From contig OX597823.1 of the NCBI GenBank assembly GCA_951406725.2, positions 101,122,001-101,186,000 of the forward strand: a DNA stretch of 64,000 nucleotides, given 5' to 3'. This document shows positions 29,521 to 43,049 of the stretch, piece by piece (the first letter of the stretch is position 1; each line of letters begins with the position of its first letter). The notes below the pieces were generated by a model. It was given only the letters and a program-made list of their open reading frames with translations. It was not told the origin of the DNA and ran no database searches. Made by a program: the position numbers and the translations under genes. This stretch comes from Octopus vulgaris (lineage: Eukaryota).

Positions 29521-30149
29521 CTGCATCTGGCACAAGGCACTATAACCCCAATCAAGTGTCAATAAGGAGGCCTTTACATCCATGATCGACCAGGTAGAAA
29601 TAACAGTCAAATCTCGCCGAAATCTCGCCCTACCGTCTTAAAAACGAAAAGGACATTTAATATTCTGAATATTTATTGTTCTGAATATATTGTGTAAACA
29701 GGACGAAGTGGTCATGAAAGGAATGTCCGGTCATAGGCTTGCTCAATCATAGCAAACCGGATGTCGAAACACCTAAAACATCAACACTGATGAATTTCTT
29801 TGTTCTGTCCCGTCCCACACGACATAGTCATTTTCTAGTGTTGACACCTTCAGAACTTGCAGCCAACAAGGGAATATCCTCTTGTTCGCTTGATCGTCCA
29901 GAAATAGTAGTCAAATCTCACCAAAGTCACACACTTGAAGAGAAGTCACACTGGATATTGTTGCTATGCATGAAAATGGAGAGGTGATCGTGGTTGGAGC
30001 ACCTTTGGTCATAGATAAGTTTTATCAACCAGAGTCGAACTGCAACAACCAACTCTTAAGTAGTCGTTCACTTTGCTAAAATAGCAACCAAATCCGCTTC
30101 AGATCATCTCCTGCTGTCTTAAAGAAGAATACATTATAGCATATACTTC

Positions 30150-30460
30150 TAGACATAGTGGCACTCCGTCGGTTGCGACGACAAGGATTCCAGTTGATAT
30201 TATCATCGGAACAGCCTGCTTGTGAAATGAATGTGCACGCGTACTCTTAATATAGGTCTCAGGGAGATTCAATTGACACAGGATGTAACAAGGTCGACCC
30301 TTTGAAATACAGGTACTATACGTTTTTGCTAGCTGAGTGTACTGGAGTAAAGTGAAATAAAGTGTCTATCTTAAGGACACACCGTGCCGCTAGGAATCGA
30401 ACTCATGACCTTACGAACGTGAGCCAATTACCCTAACCGCTAAACCATGCGCCTTCACAG
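30150..30460 (-). mobile_element. tRNA-derived SINE
   Basis: Reverse complement begins GAAGGCGCATGGTTTAGCGGTTAGGG (A box) and includes GAGTTCGATTCC (B box). Confidence 0.65.
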
Positions 30461-30719
30461 GTGTACAATGTCTGACCAAAAATACTGTCATAGTTATAGT
30501 TGAAATATCTTCTGACCATTGGCCAGCTCAATGAAGGCTGACCATTACACCAACAGCCATATTAAACATCACAGGACCATACAGTGTCTTATTATCAACT
30601 AAGTTATTGGCACTAACTCCTACAATATAAAGATGGTGACAACAACCGCCGCTACCGCAACCACCACCACCACCACCACCACCACCACCACCACCACCAC
30701 CACCACCACCACCACCACC

Positions 30720-31240
30720 GCCGCCGCCGTCGCCGCCGTATGGGCATCAAGTAACAAGGACTAGGAACTTACAGCAATACTTTTTGTCTGTTCCATCTAT
30801 CTTGACGCCGTTGCCATAGTGTTTCTTCCGATGGAGGGTGGCCATGAAAGTTGAAACGAGGACAAATTACCATGCTTTAATGAAAGTAAAGATGGTTTTA
30901 AACTTTTAAACACGGCCAACACTTTGGTGATGAAAGAAAAATTATATCCATCCTCCCACCTCTATTCTCCGCCAGCTGTTCTTAGGAAAGTCTATAGGAT
31001 CGTATCAGAAGCAATTGTCATTAGGCTTTCTGGTGGGATTCCTATGCATGACCAACTGAAAAGATGGATATTATCCAACCATCTTACTTTTGGTCTACTC
31101 CTCAGTCACCTGTCGGTTGTCTTGGCTCGAAGAATGCGTTTTGTGACATTTTTCTACGACATTTTAATCACATATCCTCAATACCAGAGTTGTGACCTCT
31201 TAATGCAGTGAAGTAACGGCTCGGACTGGAGAATCTTTGA
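30720..31240 (-). mobile_element. Degenerate RTE 3' fragment ending in (GGT)n
   Basis: Reverse complement resembles IRKRR..Y.GH..R...YD..Q.I..G...G.R.RGR...W.DNI..W; many stops. Confidence 0.4.
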
Positions 31241-31739
31241 TCTCTGACCTACGCGCGATTATGTCGAGTAACGTCACGCCAGAGATCTTTGAAAGGAAAA
31301 ATTACTTTGTCTTCTCATTGATGAAGAAGTCGAAGATGAAAACTTTTCTCTAATATTTCCTTTGGTGCTGTTTGAGAATCATTGCGCTACAGGAGTTTGA
31401 TTTACAAAAGTGTTATTACATATAAAATTTTTAAAGTGAATTTTGTACCGAGATCATTCTACTTTCTCCTAATTTGCGTGATACAAACTGGTGCACAGGA
31501 TACTTACGTACCATATACAAAAGGACATATGAAAGGGGAGGTGGGGGTTGAAAATCCAAAAGCGGCTCTCAAAAACCAAACTGGAATATACAAAATAACA
31601 TACATAACCACAATGTGAAACGTCAAATTTTTATACAGTTTTACTCCTGCTTGCTAGCAAAGGTGCAGATATAGGTGTGTAGTTAAGAAACACGCTTTAC
31701 AGGCACGTGATTTCGGGTTCAGTCCCATTGCGTGACACC

Positions 31740-31773
<34 letters not shown>

Positions 31774-31775
<2 letters not shown>

Positions 31776-32369
31776 AGTCTCTCTAAAAGAGATCACGGCA
31801 GCGTTCCTGGAAAATAATAGTTATCGCCATACTAATATGTTCGAAGGGTATATAGATACAGTTTGTGTATCAAATAGCTAACTTAAGGCGATGGCCTCAT
31901 GGAGCTAATAAGCGGACAGCTTTATTCTTATCTTTATAAGAATGCTATATTAGTATGGCGATAACTATTATTTTCCAGGAACGCTGCCGTGATCTCTTTT
32001 AGAGAGACTTAGTAATTTTAATATTTCTATTATTGAAAACAAGTGGATGTATTCCACTGAAACTAGGTAAATAAAACCTTCGAACAGAGATTGTCAGAAG
32101 CGACACCTACTGGTCTGACTACGCTACATTGAAAAGGGGCAATACCCCGAAACGCGTCTGTAGCTGTCGGTCAAGTAGTGTGGAGCGACTGAGCTCCCTT
32201 GTTCGAAGGTTATATGGATACAGTTTGTGTATCAAATAGCTAACTTAAGGCGATGGTCTCATGGAGCTAATAAGCGGACAGCTTTATTCATATTAGTATG
32301 GCGATAACTTATTTTCCAGGAACGCTGCCGTGATCTCTTTTAGAGAGACTTAGTAATTTTAATATTTCG

Positions 32370-32372
<3 letters not shown>
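31774..32372 (+). mobile_element. Retrozyme/pLTR-like insert: inverted 65 bp segment + ~1.5 tandem units with a hammerhead, between (TA)n tracts
   Basis: 31774-31838 is inverted versus 31947-32011; 31838-32030 is repeated at 32201-32372. Confidence 0.7.
32123..32164 (+). ncRNA. Minimal hammerhead ribozyme, U3-A8 core variant
   Basis: gctaca-TTGAAAA-gggg-caata-cccc-GAAA-cgcg-TC-tgtagc. Confidence 0.7.
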
Positions 32373-33902
<1,530 letters not shown>

Positions 33903-33907
<5 letters not shown>

Positions 33908-34416
33908 TTTAAATATGAAATATATGTTCTCAAGCCGATAAATTGACTGCCGCTAATTATTAGCTGCAGGCTGGTTTTTCGAGTCTCAGCGCGCCAAAAG
34001 TAGAGGCATTTGAAAGATACATCCGAACTTAATAGGTTGTACTTTTTGCATACGGGACTCCGGTACCGTTTTTCATCTAGTATAGCATATTATGCTCATA
34101 ACAAACTGCGCTGACGAAGCTACAGATATCCTTGTGATATTAATAGCTGAAACCGTTCGGTACGCAGGTGATTATTCCATTTCGTATATTTCTTTTGTCT
34201 TATCTATTGCTTTAGGTCGTGCTGAATTTTATTTTATTTGAGAACAAAATCTTTGTGGAGAATGGCGATTTGACGTCTATATCTAGCATGTTGACTGTCC
34301 ACTTTTTCGTGTTCAGTCCTTAATTGGTATATATAAATATTTTAATCTTCGGATTCTTTTTAATGTGCTAGACCACTGGTTTTAATTGACTAATATCAAT
34401 TTTTACCCTTAATTTT

Positions 34417-34420
<4 letters not shown>
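33903..34420 (+). mobile_element. ~520 bp hammerhead-bearing insert between (TA)n tracts (PLE pLTR-like)
   Basis: Hammerhead at 34106-34167; terminal AATTTTTACCCTTAATT resembles the reverse complement of 18470-18500. Confidence 0.6.
34106..34167 (+). ncRNA. Canonical type I hammerhead ribozyme
   Basis: ctgcg-CTGACGA-agcta..atatc..gatat..tagct-GAAA-ccgttcgg-TA-cgcag. Confidence 0.85.
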
Positions 34421-34456
<36 letters not shown>

Positions 34457-34533
34457 TGCAGCGTGGAAGGTGTTTATAAGCCATTTAAGAAACACACAAA
34501 AGCCGTTCGATTCACTTCAACATTTAAGTTTAA

Positions 34534-34583
34534 TTTGTCAAAATATTTTCGTCGCTAAAATCCGCGACCTGTTCACTGACAAA
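34534..34583 (-). ncRNA. Minimal hammerhead motif, G3-C8 core variant
   Basis: Minus strand: tttgtca-GTGAACA-g-gtcgc-ggatttta-gcgac-GAAA-atat-TT-tgacaaa. Confidence 0.65.
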
Positions 34584-35292
34584 AATCCGTGCTGCATCTG
34601 AGAAAGTAACAGTCAGTTCGTCATATATATGTACGTATGTATGTGTGTATGTATGCATACATGTGTGTATGTATGTACGTATGCATGCACGTACATACGC
34701 CTGTGTATGCATGTATGTATGTATGTATGTATGTGTGCGTATATGCACGCACATACACACTATAAACATAAAGCTATAAACCTGTAGCGATGGATAGATG
34801 TAGAGTGACCACTCATCACAATAATATCAAATTTCAACTTCCCCCGGCCGAAGCCTGGAAGTGATTTACGACCCTTACTCCCAAAACTATACCCTAAAAC
34901 CTATTATCAGATATTTATCTCTATATCACAGAACTTTTGTTTTACTATTGTGCGTATGTATGTATGTGCGTATGTATGTATGTATGTATGTATGTATGTA
35001 TGTGTGTATGTACATACGTACGCATGTGCGTATGTATGTATACGCGCACGTATGCATGTGCCCATGTATGTGTGTGCGTACATGTACGTGCGTATGTACG
35101 TGTGTATGCCCATACGTAGGTATGCATGTATGTTTGTATTCATGTGCTACGTATGTATGTGAGTGTCTAGGAGAATGGGCAGACGTGTCTGTGAGAGTGT
35201 GTACATGTGTATGTGTATGTGAACGTATGTCCGTGTACTGGCATGTGTCCGTCCAAGTTGTATACATATTCACATATATGTTTGTATAGACG

Positions 35293-35335
<43 letters not shown>

Positions 35336-35487
35336 GTGTGTGGGTGTGTGTTTGTTCCTCTCATCACCGTCTAACTGTGAATGGATACAACGCCTAAGTG
35401 CAACTGTACGTATCAAATAACGTACGCTCATACTGTTATATATAACTGCACATACGCATTGCAACCTGTATGTAAGGACTACAAGTA

Positions 35488-35529
<42 letters not shown>

Positions 35530-36640
35530 GGTTATAGAATAGTCCTTCTGAATGGGATCTGGATGTTACTCCATTCGGACTTTCGGTTGAGAGTAGGTTT
35601 GTATTCTTGTATACAAACTGCTTCTGTGACCTGTCTCAACATTGCATCGGTGGGATGTGTTGATAGGATGTTCAACTTAAGTTTCCCTAAGGATCCTTTG
35701 TGGCAGTCTACAGCATGTTGGTAGAAGATGGAGTTTGGCTTCCTTTCAATGTAGTTGTCCAGGTGTTCTTTGAACCTATCATTGATGCTTCTAGAAGTCT
35801 CACCTATGTATGACTCTGTGTTAGTCGCGCAAGCTCCCTCCTGGCACTTAATCTGGTATACAGTGCCCTTGGTTTTGCCATTTACATGTGGATTTGTCGA
35901 ACATACTGCACAATTACTTTGACAGGTGATTCTATCAAATGAATATGATCTGCATAATGCCGATTTGATAGTCCTACCTGTCTTTTCTACAACTTTAATT
36001 TTTAGGCCCGTAGTGCGCAGGATTTTCTTGAATGCCTTACTTAGCTCGTTCTTAGGTGTGGCGTCAACGAACATTACTCCGTGAAATCTCCTGTTATCGT
36101 ACCAAGTAACGTTTCTCATCCTTTTGTTGGTGTCCCTCTCTAACCTATTCCAGAACTTGTTGCGGTATAGGGGGCATATACCGTTTTCGTCGTTCCTTAG
36201 AATGCGTTCGAATCTAGCTTTCGCTCTTTTGTACACCCTGACTCTATCGTCTTGTGTCTATCCGGAGTGTTGCATTCGGAATATGTAGTGTTGGATGTGT
36301 CGTTGTCGTTCTTGTGGTTGGCATAGTGGTGATACATTCCTCATTACTCTAATTAAGTCTGCCACTAGGATGTTGAGTTTGGCAGTATCCGACATAGCTG
36401 AGTCACTACGGATTACTAGTGGATCAGCCATCGGTTTCTGATAGTGTGAGTGGAGTATACAGGGTTTAATGGTTCCATTAACCATAGCATCTTCCATCCA
36501 TAGCTCAGTATCTAGGACGGGTAATCGTTTACTGGGGTGTTTAGAGGGGTAGTCTATGGTAAATTTTATACTGCTGTGGATAGGGTCAGCTATGTGTTGT
36601 ATAGATGTCATCACCTGTTCTTCACTTGGTAGAGGGCCCA
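35530..36640 (-). mobile_element. Second-family PLE fragment (RT thumb + GIY-YIG) with one in-frame stop
   Basis: SIKFTIDYPS..LPVLDTEL..YQKPM and GTVYQIKC..C..SYIGETSRSINDRFKEH..RQVTEAVCI..PTLN; ORFs 36258-36746 and 35532-36236 are in the same frame, split by TAG. Confidence 0.85.
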
Positions 36641-36894
36641 TAACTGTGTCTGTATTATATTTCACAACAAGGTTAATGGCGATGAAATTTTCTTTATTAT
36701 GATAAATTGATCTAACATAGAATGGGTACATTACAGGAGAAAACAATTACAAAAATGCTATGCGAGTTCGAATGAAATTATAAAAATTACAAAATTAAAA
36801 TTTTATGTAACTTGAACGAAAACTTGGCTTACTTTGCATTGAAACGAAACCTTGGCTTACTTTTGCCTTTATCACGAGAACTTTAGTGCGTATG

Positions 36895-39800
36895 TTTTCT
36901 TTTCTTTTCTTTTTTTTATTATTAAGTCTTTATTTTAAACAGTTATGTACAGTGAAAGGTAATGGGAGGTACCAGTTTCAATTTTGAACCCGGCAGCCTA
37001 TAAACCCCAGCAGCTGATTTTTCCTTTCCTCGATGGTTAAGCTGGGTTACTCTCACCCACCTTTCTCATCACATCCTTCCAACGTTCCATATACTCTTTC
37101 TGTGGAAGGCTCCTCTTCTCCAACCCCATCTTGCTCTTCAGATGATATCCGAAGTATTTTAACAAACCGGGGCCAGAGATAAAGGACCCTTTCACTAGAC
37201 CTTCCACTCTAGTTCTCCATACACACTCTTTCAATACTGCCACCGTACAGTAAAAACAAGCCTTACCTTCATTTGAGAGTCCAGTTAGCGGTATCATCTT
37301 AATCATAGATCCAACCGACAACTGTACTCGTCCCAGATGCGACAACACGTGTTCCACGTAACTTATCAAGCCTGACAGCTCCCGACATTGTACAAAAGCG
37401 TGTTGAACGGTTTCATCGTCCAACCCACATCTTGGACACGTCGGTGGCACTGACATTCCGTGCCTGGATAACTTCTCGCGAACAGGTAATGCATTCCTAT
37501 AGCACTGCCAGGTCAGGGATTTTTGGTAATTATCCAAATACCCCGGCCTGAAAGTCTTCTTAAACAGGTTGGAGAGTTGATCCTCATCGAACCCCAGAGC
37601 CCTTCCTAGGACGTCGTCATTTTTTCCTCCTACCAGCCCTTTATAGAACACCGAGGTGGTATTCCCGCTGCCGGCCTTACCCATCTTGTGGATCAGCCAG
37701 AGTGCCTGTCGGCACTCCTTCTGCCATGAAGTCAGTTTACGTCCTTTAATGAGACCGGGTGTAAATCCCTCCATAGAGGCCGGTCGCGGGAAGAATTCCT
37801 CTGCCAGCGAACTCCACACCTTATCATCCTCCAGGTAACACCAGAGGTGTCTCAGCCTCAACGCATGCTTGCGCATCATTAGCCAAGGCATCCCCAGTCC
37901 ACCCTTTAGCGGTTCCTGGCAACACACGGAGCGGCTCACAGGTGGCTTTCCTCCTTTCCACAAAAAGCGGAAAAGGAGTCGTTCCAACTTGTTTAACCAC
38001 GAATCGGGGCAAGGCACGACGGTCAGGCGGTAGGTGACGACAGAGGCTATAAACATCTGTGCCACCTCCGCCCTCCCTTTCAAGGAAAGATGCCTTCCGG
38101 ACCACTTCCGTACTATGGCATCCACCTTGCTCGTTACCTCGCTCCAATTCTTCTCCGTCTGGGAGTCTGGACCAAACCAGACTCCGAGCAATTTAACAGG
38201 ACCATCCGTCCAGTGTCCAACAACACTGGACGGTATCGGCTTGTTCCTCCAGGTGCCGAGGCGCAAACCGATGGACTTGTCCCTGTTAACTTTTGCCCCT
38301 GCCACCGCTTCGTATCTATGGAGAGCACCTACTACCCGAGGTAGCTGTGTTCCGTTGGACACGATGAGGGTGACGTCATCCGCATAGGCAGAAACAGACT
38401 TACCGCATCCGATTTCATTAGGGTTGCCTCCCAACTTCTCCAGCTTCCGCAGCAATGGCTCAAGAGCCAAAACATACAGGAGCGGGGACAAGGGGCACCC
38501 TTGACGAACTGAACGCTTGATCGAAAACGGCTCCGTTAGGTAACCGTTTATCTGGACTGTGGACTTGATGCCGCTGTACATAGCTGAGATCCACCCGCAG
38601 AAGCCAGGGCCCAGCCCAGCCGCTTCGAGAACCGCCGCCAAGTACCGATGGTCTACCCTATCAAACGCTTTACTTTGGTCTAAATGGACCAATGCCCCTC
38701 CTTTGCCGTCTAATTTCCCGACCCTATCTATAGTGTAGCGGAGAAGGTGAAGATTATCCTGGATCGACCTGCCTGGGATTGCATATGTCTGTGCCTTCCC
38801 GACGAGTTTCCCCACGACAGCCGTCAACCTTTTTGCTAACACCTTGGCAAAATCTTAAACTCTACATTAAGTAGAGTTATGGGCCTGTAATTACTAATAC
38901 TGTCCCCCTTGCTCGGGTCTTTCTGGACCAGCGTCACAACTCCCCGACTCACAGAGCTGGGAATCCTCCCATTCTGTTGCCAGTTTGCATAGACGCTTGC
39001 CAGTATGTCCCCGAACAAGTCCGGCATACAACAATAAAATTCATAGGGTAGACCATCCAATCCCGGTGACTTTTCCCCGGCGCACTCGGCCATAACCCCT
39101 CTTACCTCTGTGGGAGAGATCGATCCTTCACAGCACTCCGCCTCACCTGCCGAGAGCCGAGGCCCACCAGCTAGGAAGTCCTTTAAGGTTTCCCCACGCT
39201 CGAGCGGACCACCACCCCCAAACAGCCGTGCGAAATGCTGGTGAAGGACCTTCTGCATCTCCTCCTGTCCATAGATCTTGCGGTCCTGCTCGTCAGTTAA
39301 GGACATAATACAGGACTTTTTGCCCTTCTGACTCTCCTCACGACGGGCCCATCCGGCAACGTTAATACCTTCTCGTTTTCCTGCACGTAACTTAGCTCTG
39401 ACTCTACACCCCTCGTGCTTGGTGTTGAGGTGACGGTACAATACCGCTCTCGCTGCCAACACTCCGGATGCACAGCCAGATTCCATAGCTTCGTCTAAGT
39501 TCTTAACTAATTCGCCCTCTATTCTAGTCCTATCTAAACGTAGCTGCTTGCTAAATCTAATGGACTCCAAACGGATGGCTCTTTTGAGGGCGAACCACCA
39601 TCTATTATTAATGATGGTGCCACATAATGCTCTCTATACTAATTCCTTAATCCGGGTACGGAAAGCTTCACAGGTCAAAATAGACTTGTTCATCTTCCAG
39701 TACCCGGGACCTTGTCTATGGCATTTATCTACATGTACCTCACACGTTACAAGTTTGTGATCCGTGTAAGGCACAACAGAGAATTGTGGACAGCTAACAC

Positions 39801-39990
39801 TATTCCTATCTCGTTCCTTAACAAATACTCTATCTATGTACGATCTGCGTGAGCCGTCGTTATTACTCCACGTCCACTGTGGAACGTTCGGCTCATCCAG
39901 TCGAAAACGGTCTACTAGATTAAAGCTCGCTAGTAGAGCCTTGAGGCCAGGAGCGATAGGAAGCGATAGGAAGTGGTTAGCCATGATAAG
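36895..39990 (-). mobile_element. 5'-truncated L1/Tx1-clade element (APE C-terminus + RT + CCHC)
   Basis: WTWSN..SYIDRVFV..TDHKLV..GPGYWKMN (APE end); KSPGLDGLPYEFY, NYRPITLLN, DQSKAFDRVDH, SVRQGCPLSPLLY, AYADDV, CPRC..ETVQHAFVQC; AATAAA plus A-rich tail. Confidence 0.92.
37037..38842 (-). pseudogene. Tx1-type ORF2 RT/C-terminal segment, frameshifted from 38836-39570
   Basis: 601-aa open stretch with YADD; clearly homologous to 9353-10818. Confidence 0.9.
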
Positions 39991-40055
39991 ATGGCTTCTA
40001 TACTTTACATTATCGAGCGATTACTGTTTCAATCTCATTCTGAGATTTAATTATG

Positions 40056-40103
<48 letters not shown>

Positions 40104-40108
<5 letters not shown>

Positions 40109-40311
40109 ATCCAAGCATGAAAACACAAAGAGAAAACACAACAACGCGAGGACGTGGAACAAGTATAGTATTATTTGACGCTCAGGAAAGGAAGGAAAGA
40201 AGAAGGGTTTAATGTTTCGAGCGGAGCTCTTCGTCAGAAACATAGGAAAAGGAAAGATCCACGGAAGGGAAGACGGAGGAAAAAAATCGCCAGCGGTACA
40301 CACGCGGTCAT
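40104..40311 (-). mobile_element. ~200 bp hammerhead-containing repeat, copy 3, in (TA)n
   Basis: Minus strand: gttt-CTGACGA-a-gagc-tcc-gctc-GAAA-ca-TT-aaac. Confidence 0.7.
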
Positions 40312-40777
40312 ATATATATGTATGAACTTGTGTGTGTCTTTATATCTGTGTTTGTCCGTCACCACTTGACAACCAGTGTTGTTAGCAGTTTGATAAAGAG
40401 AACCAATAAAATGAGTATTACACTTGAAAATATGTAGATACTGGGACCGATCTGTTCAACTAAAACTCTACAAGTTAATGTCCCAACATGGTCACAATAC
40501 AGTAACTGAAACAAGTAAAAGAAAAAAGATAGTGAAAAGAATGCGATTTCTTTTGAGATACACTTTTGGAAATTTTTCAAAATAATGCCCACCTGCTCTA
40601 GTTATTGCTAAATGGTTGTTGACCCCATGTTAATTTCATTCGCCCTTTTGACAGGCTTTGTTTTTGTTCTGCTGATTTTGTAACGGTTGTCATAGGTGAC
40701 AACCACGATATTACAGGTTGAGCTATATCTTTAGCGTGAATGCGCGTGGCTTAGTGGTTAGGGCATTCGACTCACGA

Positions 40778-40980
40778 TTATAACTCTGAGTTTCATGTTG
40801 CCAATCATTCAGCGACTGAAGTAAGGAAGGAGAGACACAATATAAATATATGTATGTGTATGCATGTGTGCGTGTATGAGTATGTGTGTTATAGATATTT
40901 GTTCGATTATAGAAATTCCTCGACAGACATGATTTCCACCGTAAAATCACCATAATAGCTAAATGTATATAATGACTAAA
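40778..40980. repeat. Left arm of ~200 bp inverted repeat (partner ~42410-42652)
   Basis: CTGAGTTTCATGTTGCCAATCATTCAGCGACTGAAGTAAGGAAGGAGAGACACAATATAAAT...GATTATAGAAATTCCTCGACAGAC is found reverse-complemented at 42410-42652. Confidence 0.85.
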
Positions 40981-41364
40981 AGTATATGAGTGCAATATTA
41001 TAGTAATAAAATGCTATTCGGTTTGTTTGTTTTTTGTGTTCGTATGTCAGCTAATATGTCAAAGATTTTTGGTATTTGACAGAACAAAATAGAATGAATT
41101 ATGGTACTAATAATCATTCTTTTTGACGAATTTTATAGATATTTGACCAGTTTTTGTTAATGTTAAAACGTTGGTTATGCTTCAAGTTTGGTAAATTTTC
41201 ATATTTTAGATTCTTTCGTATTCTTTGGCATATCAAACGTGAAATCATTAAAATTTCACTCGAACATAAAAAAAAGATAACAAGGTTAAATATCGTAGTA
41301 CTTAAACTGTTTTAAAAATAATTCAAAGAACATCATATGGGATATGTGGAATCAAATTTATACA

Positions 41365-41747
41365 TCTCTCTATATATAAAGCTGAAGTATGGCAGGTTTG
41401 GTAGACTTCAACTAACACCATCTCCTCCGGGACCCTGAGGCGCAAGTTGACCAAAATTGAGAGTATGATAGAAGTAGGCTTGCTTTTCCTTCCGTAGAAG
41501 AAAAAATTCAAATCGGACCATGTTAACACCAAAAATTATTTACATCAAAAAGGTGCTTTTTTTGCTATGAAAATCTTAATTTTTTCTAATTTTTGACTGC
41601 AGTGTCGCCATTTTTCGGTGTATTTCAACTAGGAAGATGTTCACTTAAAGAGATTAACAAGCTACATAATGCAAAACGTTTACTTTTCAAAAATTCCAAT
41701 TCTAAAGGGTCGAAACAAACCCGAGCAACGCCGAGCGATACTGCTAG
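41365..41747 (+). mobile_element. Short non-autonomous Helitron-like element
   Basis: 5' A^TCTCTCTATATATAAA; 3' CCCGAGCAACGCCGAGC (degenerate hairpin) ... GCTAG^T. Confidence 0.6.
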
Positions 41748-42499
41748 TATTAGTATATAACTCTCAAAACATTCATAAAACTACATCATGTGCCAATGAA
41801 CAAACATCGCCACCACTATGATGAAAACCAACTACAACATCAACATCGTAGTCAGTATTTTGATTTCCCATTTTCATGACAAACGTTGCCGCCACCACCA
41901 TTTGTACCATCACTACAACAACACAACAACAAACAAGCATCACCGCTGTCGCCACCGCCAGCATCTCAACCACCTCTGCTATCAAGACTACTAATAACAA
42001 AAAGACGTCATCACTGTTGTTACCAGCGCCATCATTTACAGTTATGATTATTTCTTATTTGTATTTTCTTTATATATTTTAAAAGTTTATTTACGCTTTT
42101 TTCTTCTTATTTCTCACTTATATTCTCCCTCCCCCACTCATACCCTCCTGTTGCTTGTTCTCGTACATTTTCTTTCGTTCTCTCCTTATGCACTTCTCTC
42201 TCTCTCACACACGCTCTCCCTTTTTCCTTCTCTCGCTCTCTCTTTTCCTTCTCTCGTTCTCTCATTCTCTTTCACTCGCTCTCTCTTTCTCTCCTTCTAC
42301 CATTATCAACGTCACTGATACCACATCCATTATCATGAGAGCTAATAGTCTCTTTGTTACTCTTTGAATTATTTTCTATAGTGTTTCCCAAACCTTACAT
42401 ACGAAGGCACAGTCATTATATACATTTAGATATTATGGTCTGTCGAGGAATTTCTATAATCGAACAAATATCTATTACACACACACACACACACACACA

Positions 42500-42538
<39 letters not shown>

Positions 42539-43049
42539 GCGCACGCACATACACACACACATATGCATACACATACATATATTTATATTGTGTCTCTCCT
42601 TCCTTACTTCAGTCGCTTGAATGATTGGCAACACGAAACTCAGAATTACAATCCAGGAAGCTTTAGTTTCTCATATAATACGTGTGTATATTCAAGCATC
42701 GCGGAGCTGATGCTATAAGCGGTTTCAAATACAAATTAATGTTACCATGCGGCAAAGATGGACCAAACATTCGCCAACGTCCATGCTTTTAAATTTACTT
42801 CCTTAAATATGAATTAGTTACCGACGGTAACTACAACTCCGGAAAAAAAAAGAAAAAGAAATCTTTACAACCGACAGAATTCGTGATTTGGAAGTGTGAA
42901 ATGTATTAATTAAAATTTGCTTGTATGTTTAGTAAAAAAAAAATCAATTATAGGATGCTCTTTCAAAAAGAAAAATAGTCTCAATTATAGAACTTGATTA
43001 TTTAACTCAATTTACTATTTAGCCAGTCAGAATATGAAGAAACTCTTTT

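Noticed and set aside
28214-29555. Poly-Thr/His/Pro ORFs resembling mucin or His-rich proteins
   Set aside because: They arise from trinucleotide low complexity, are open in several frames, and show no exon evidence.
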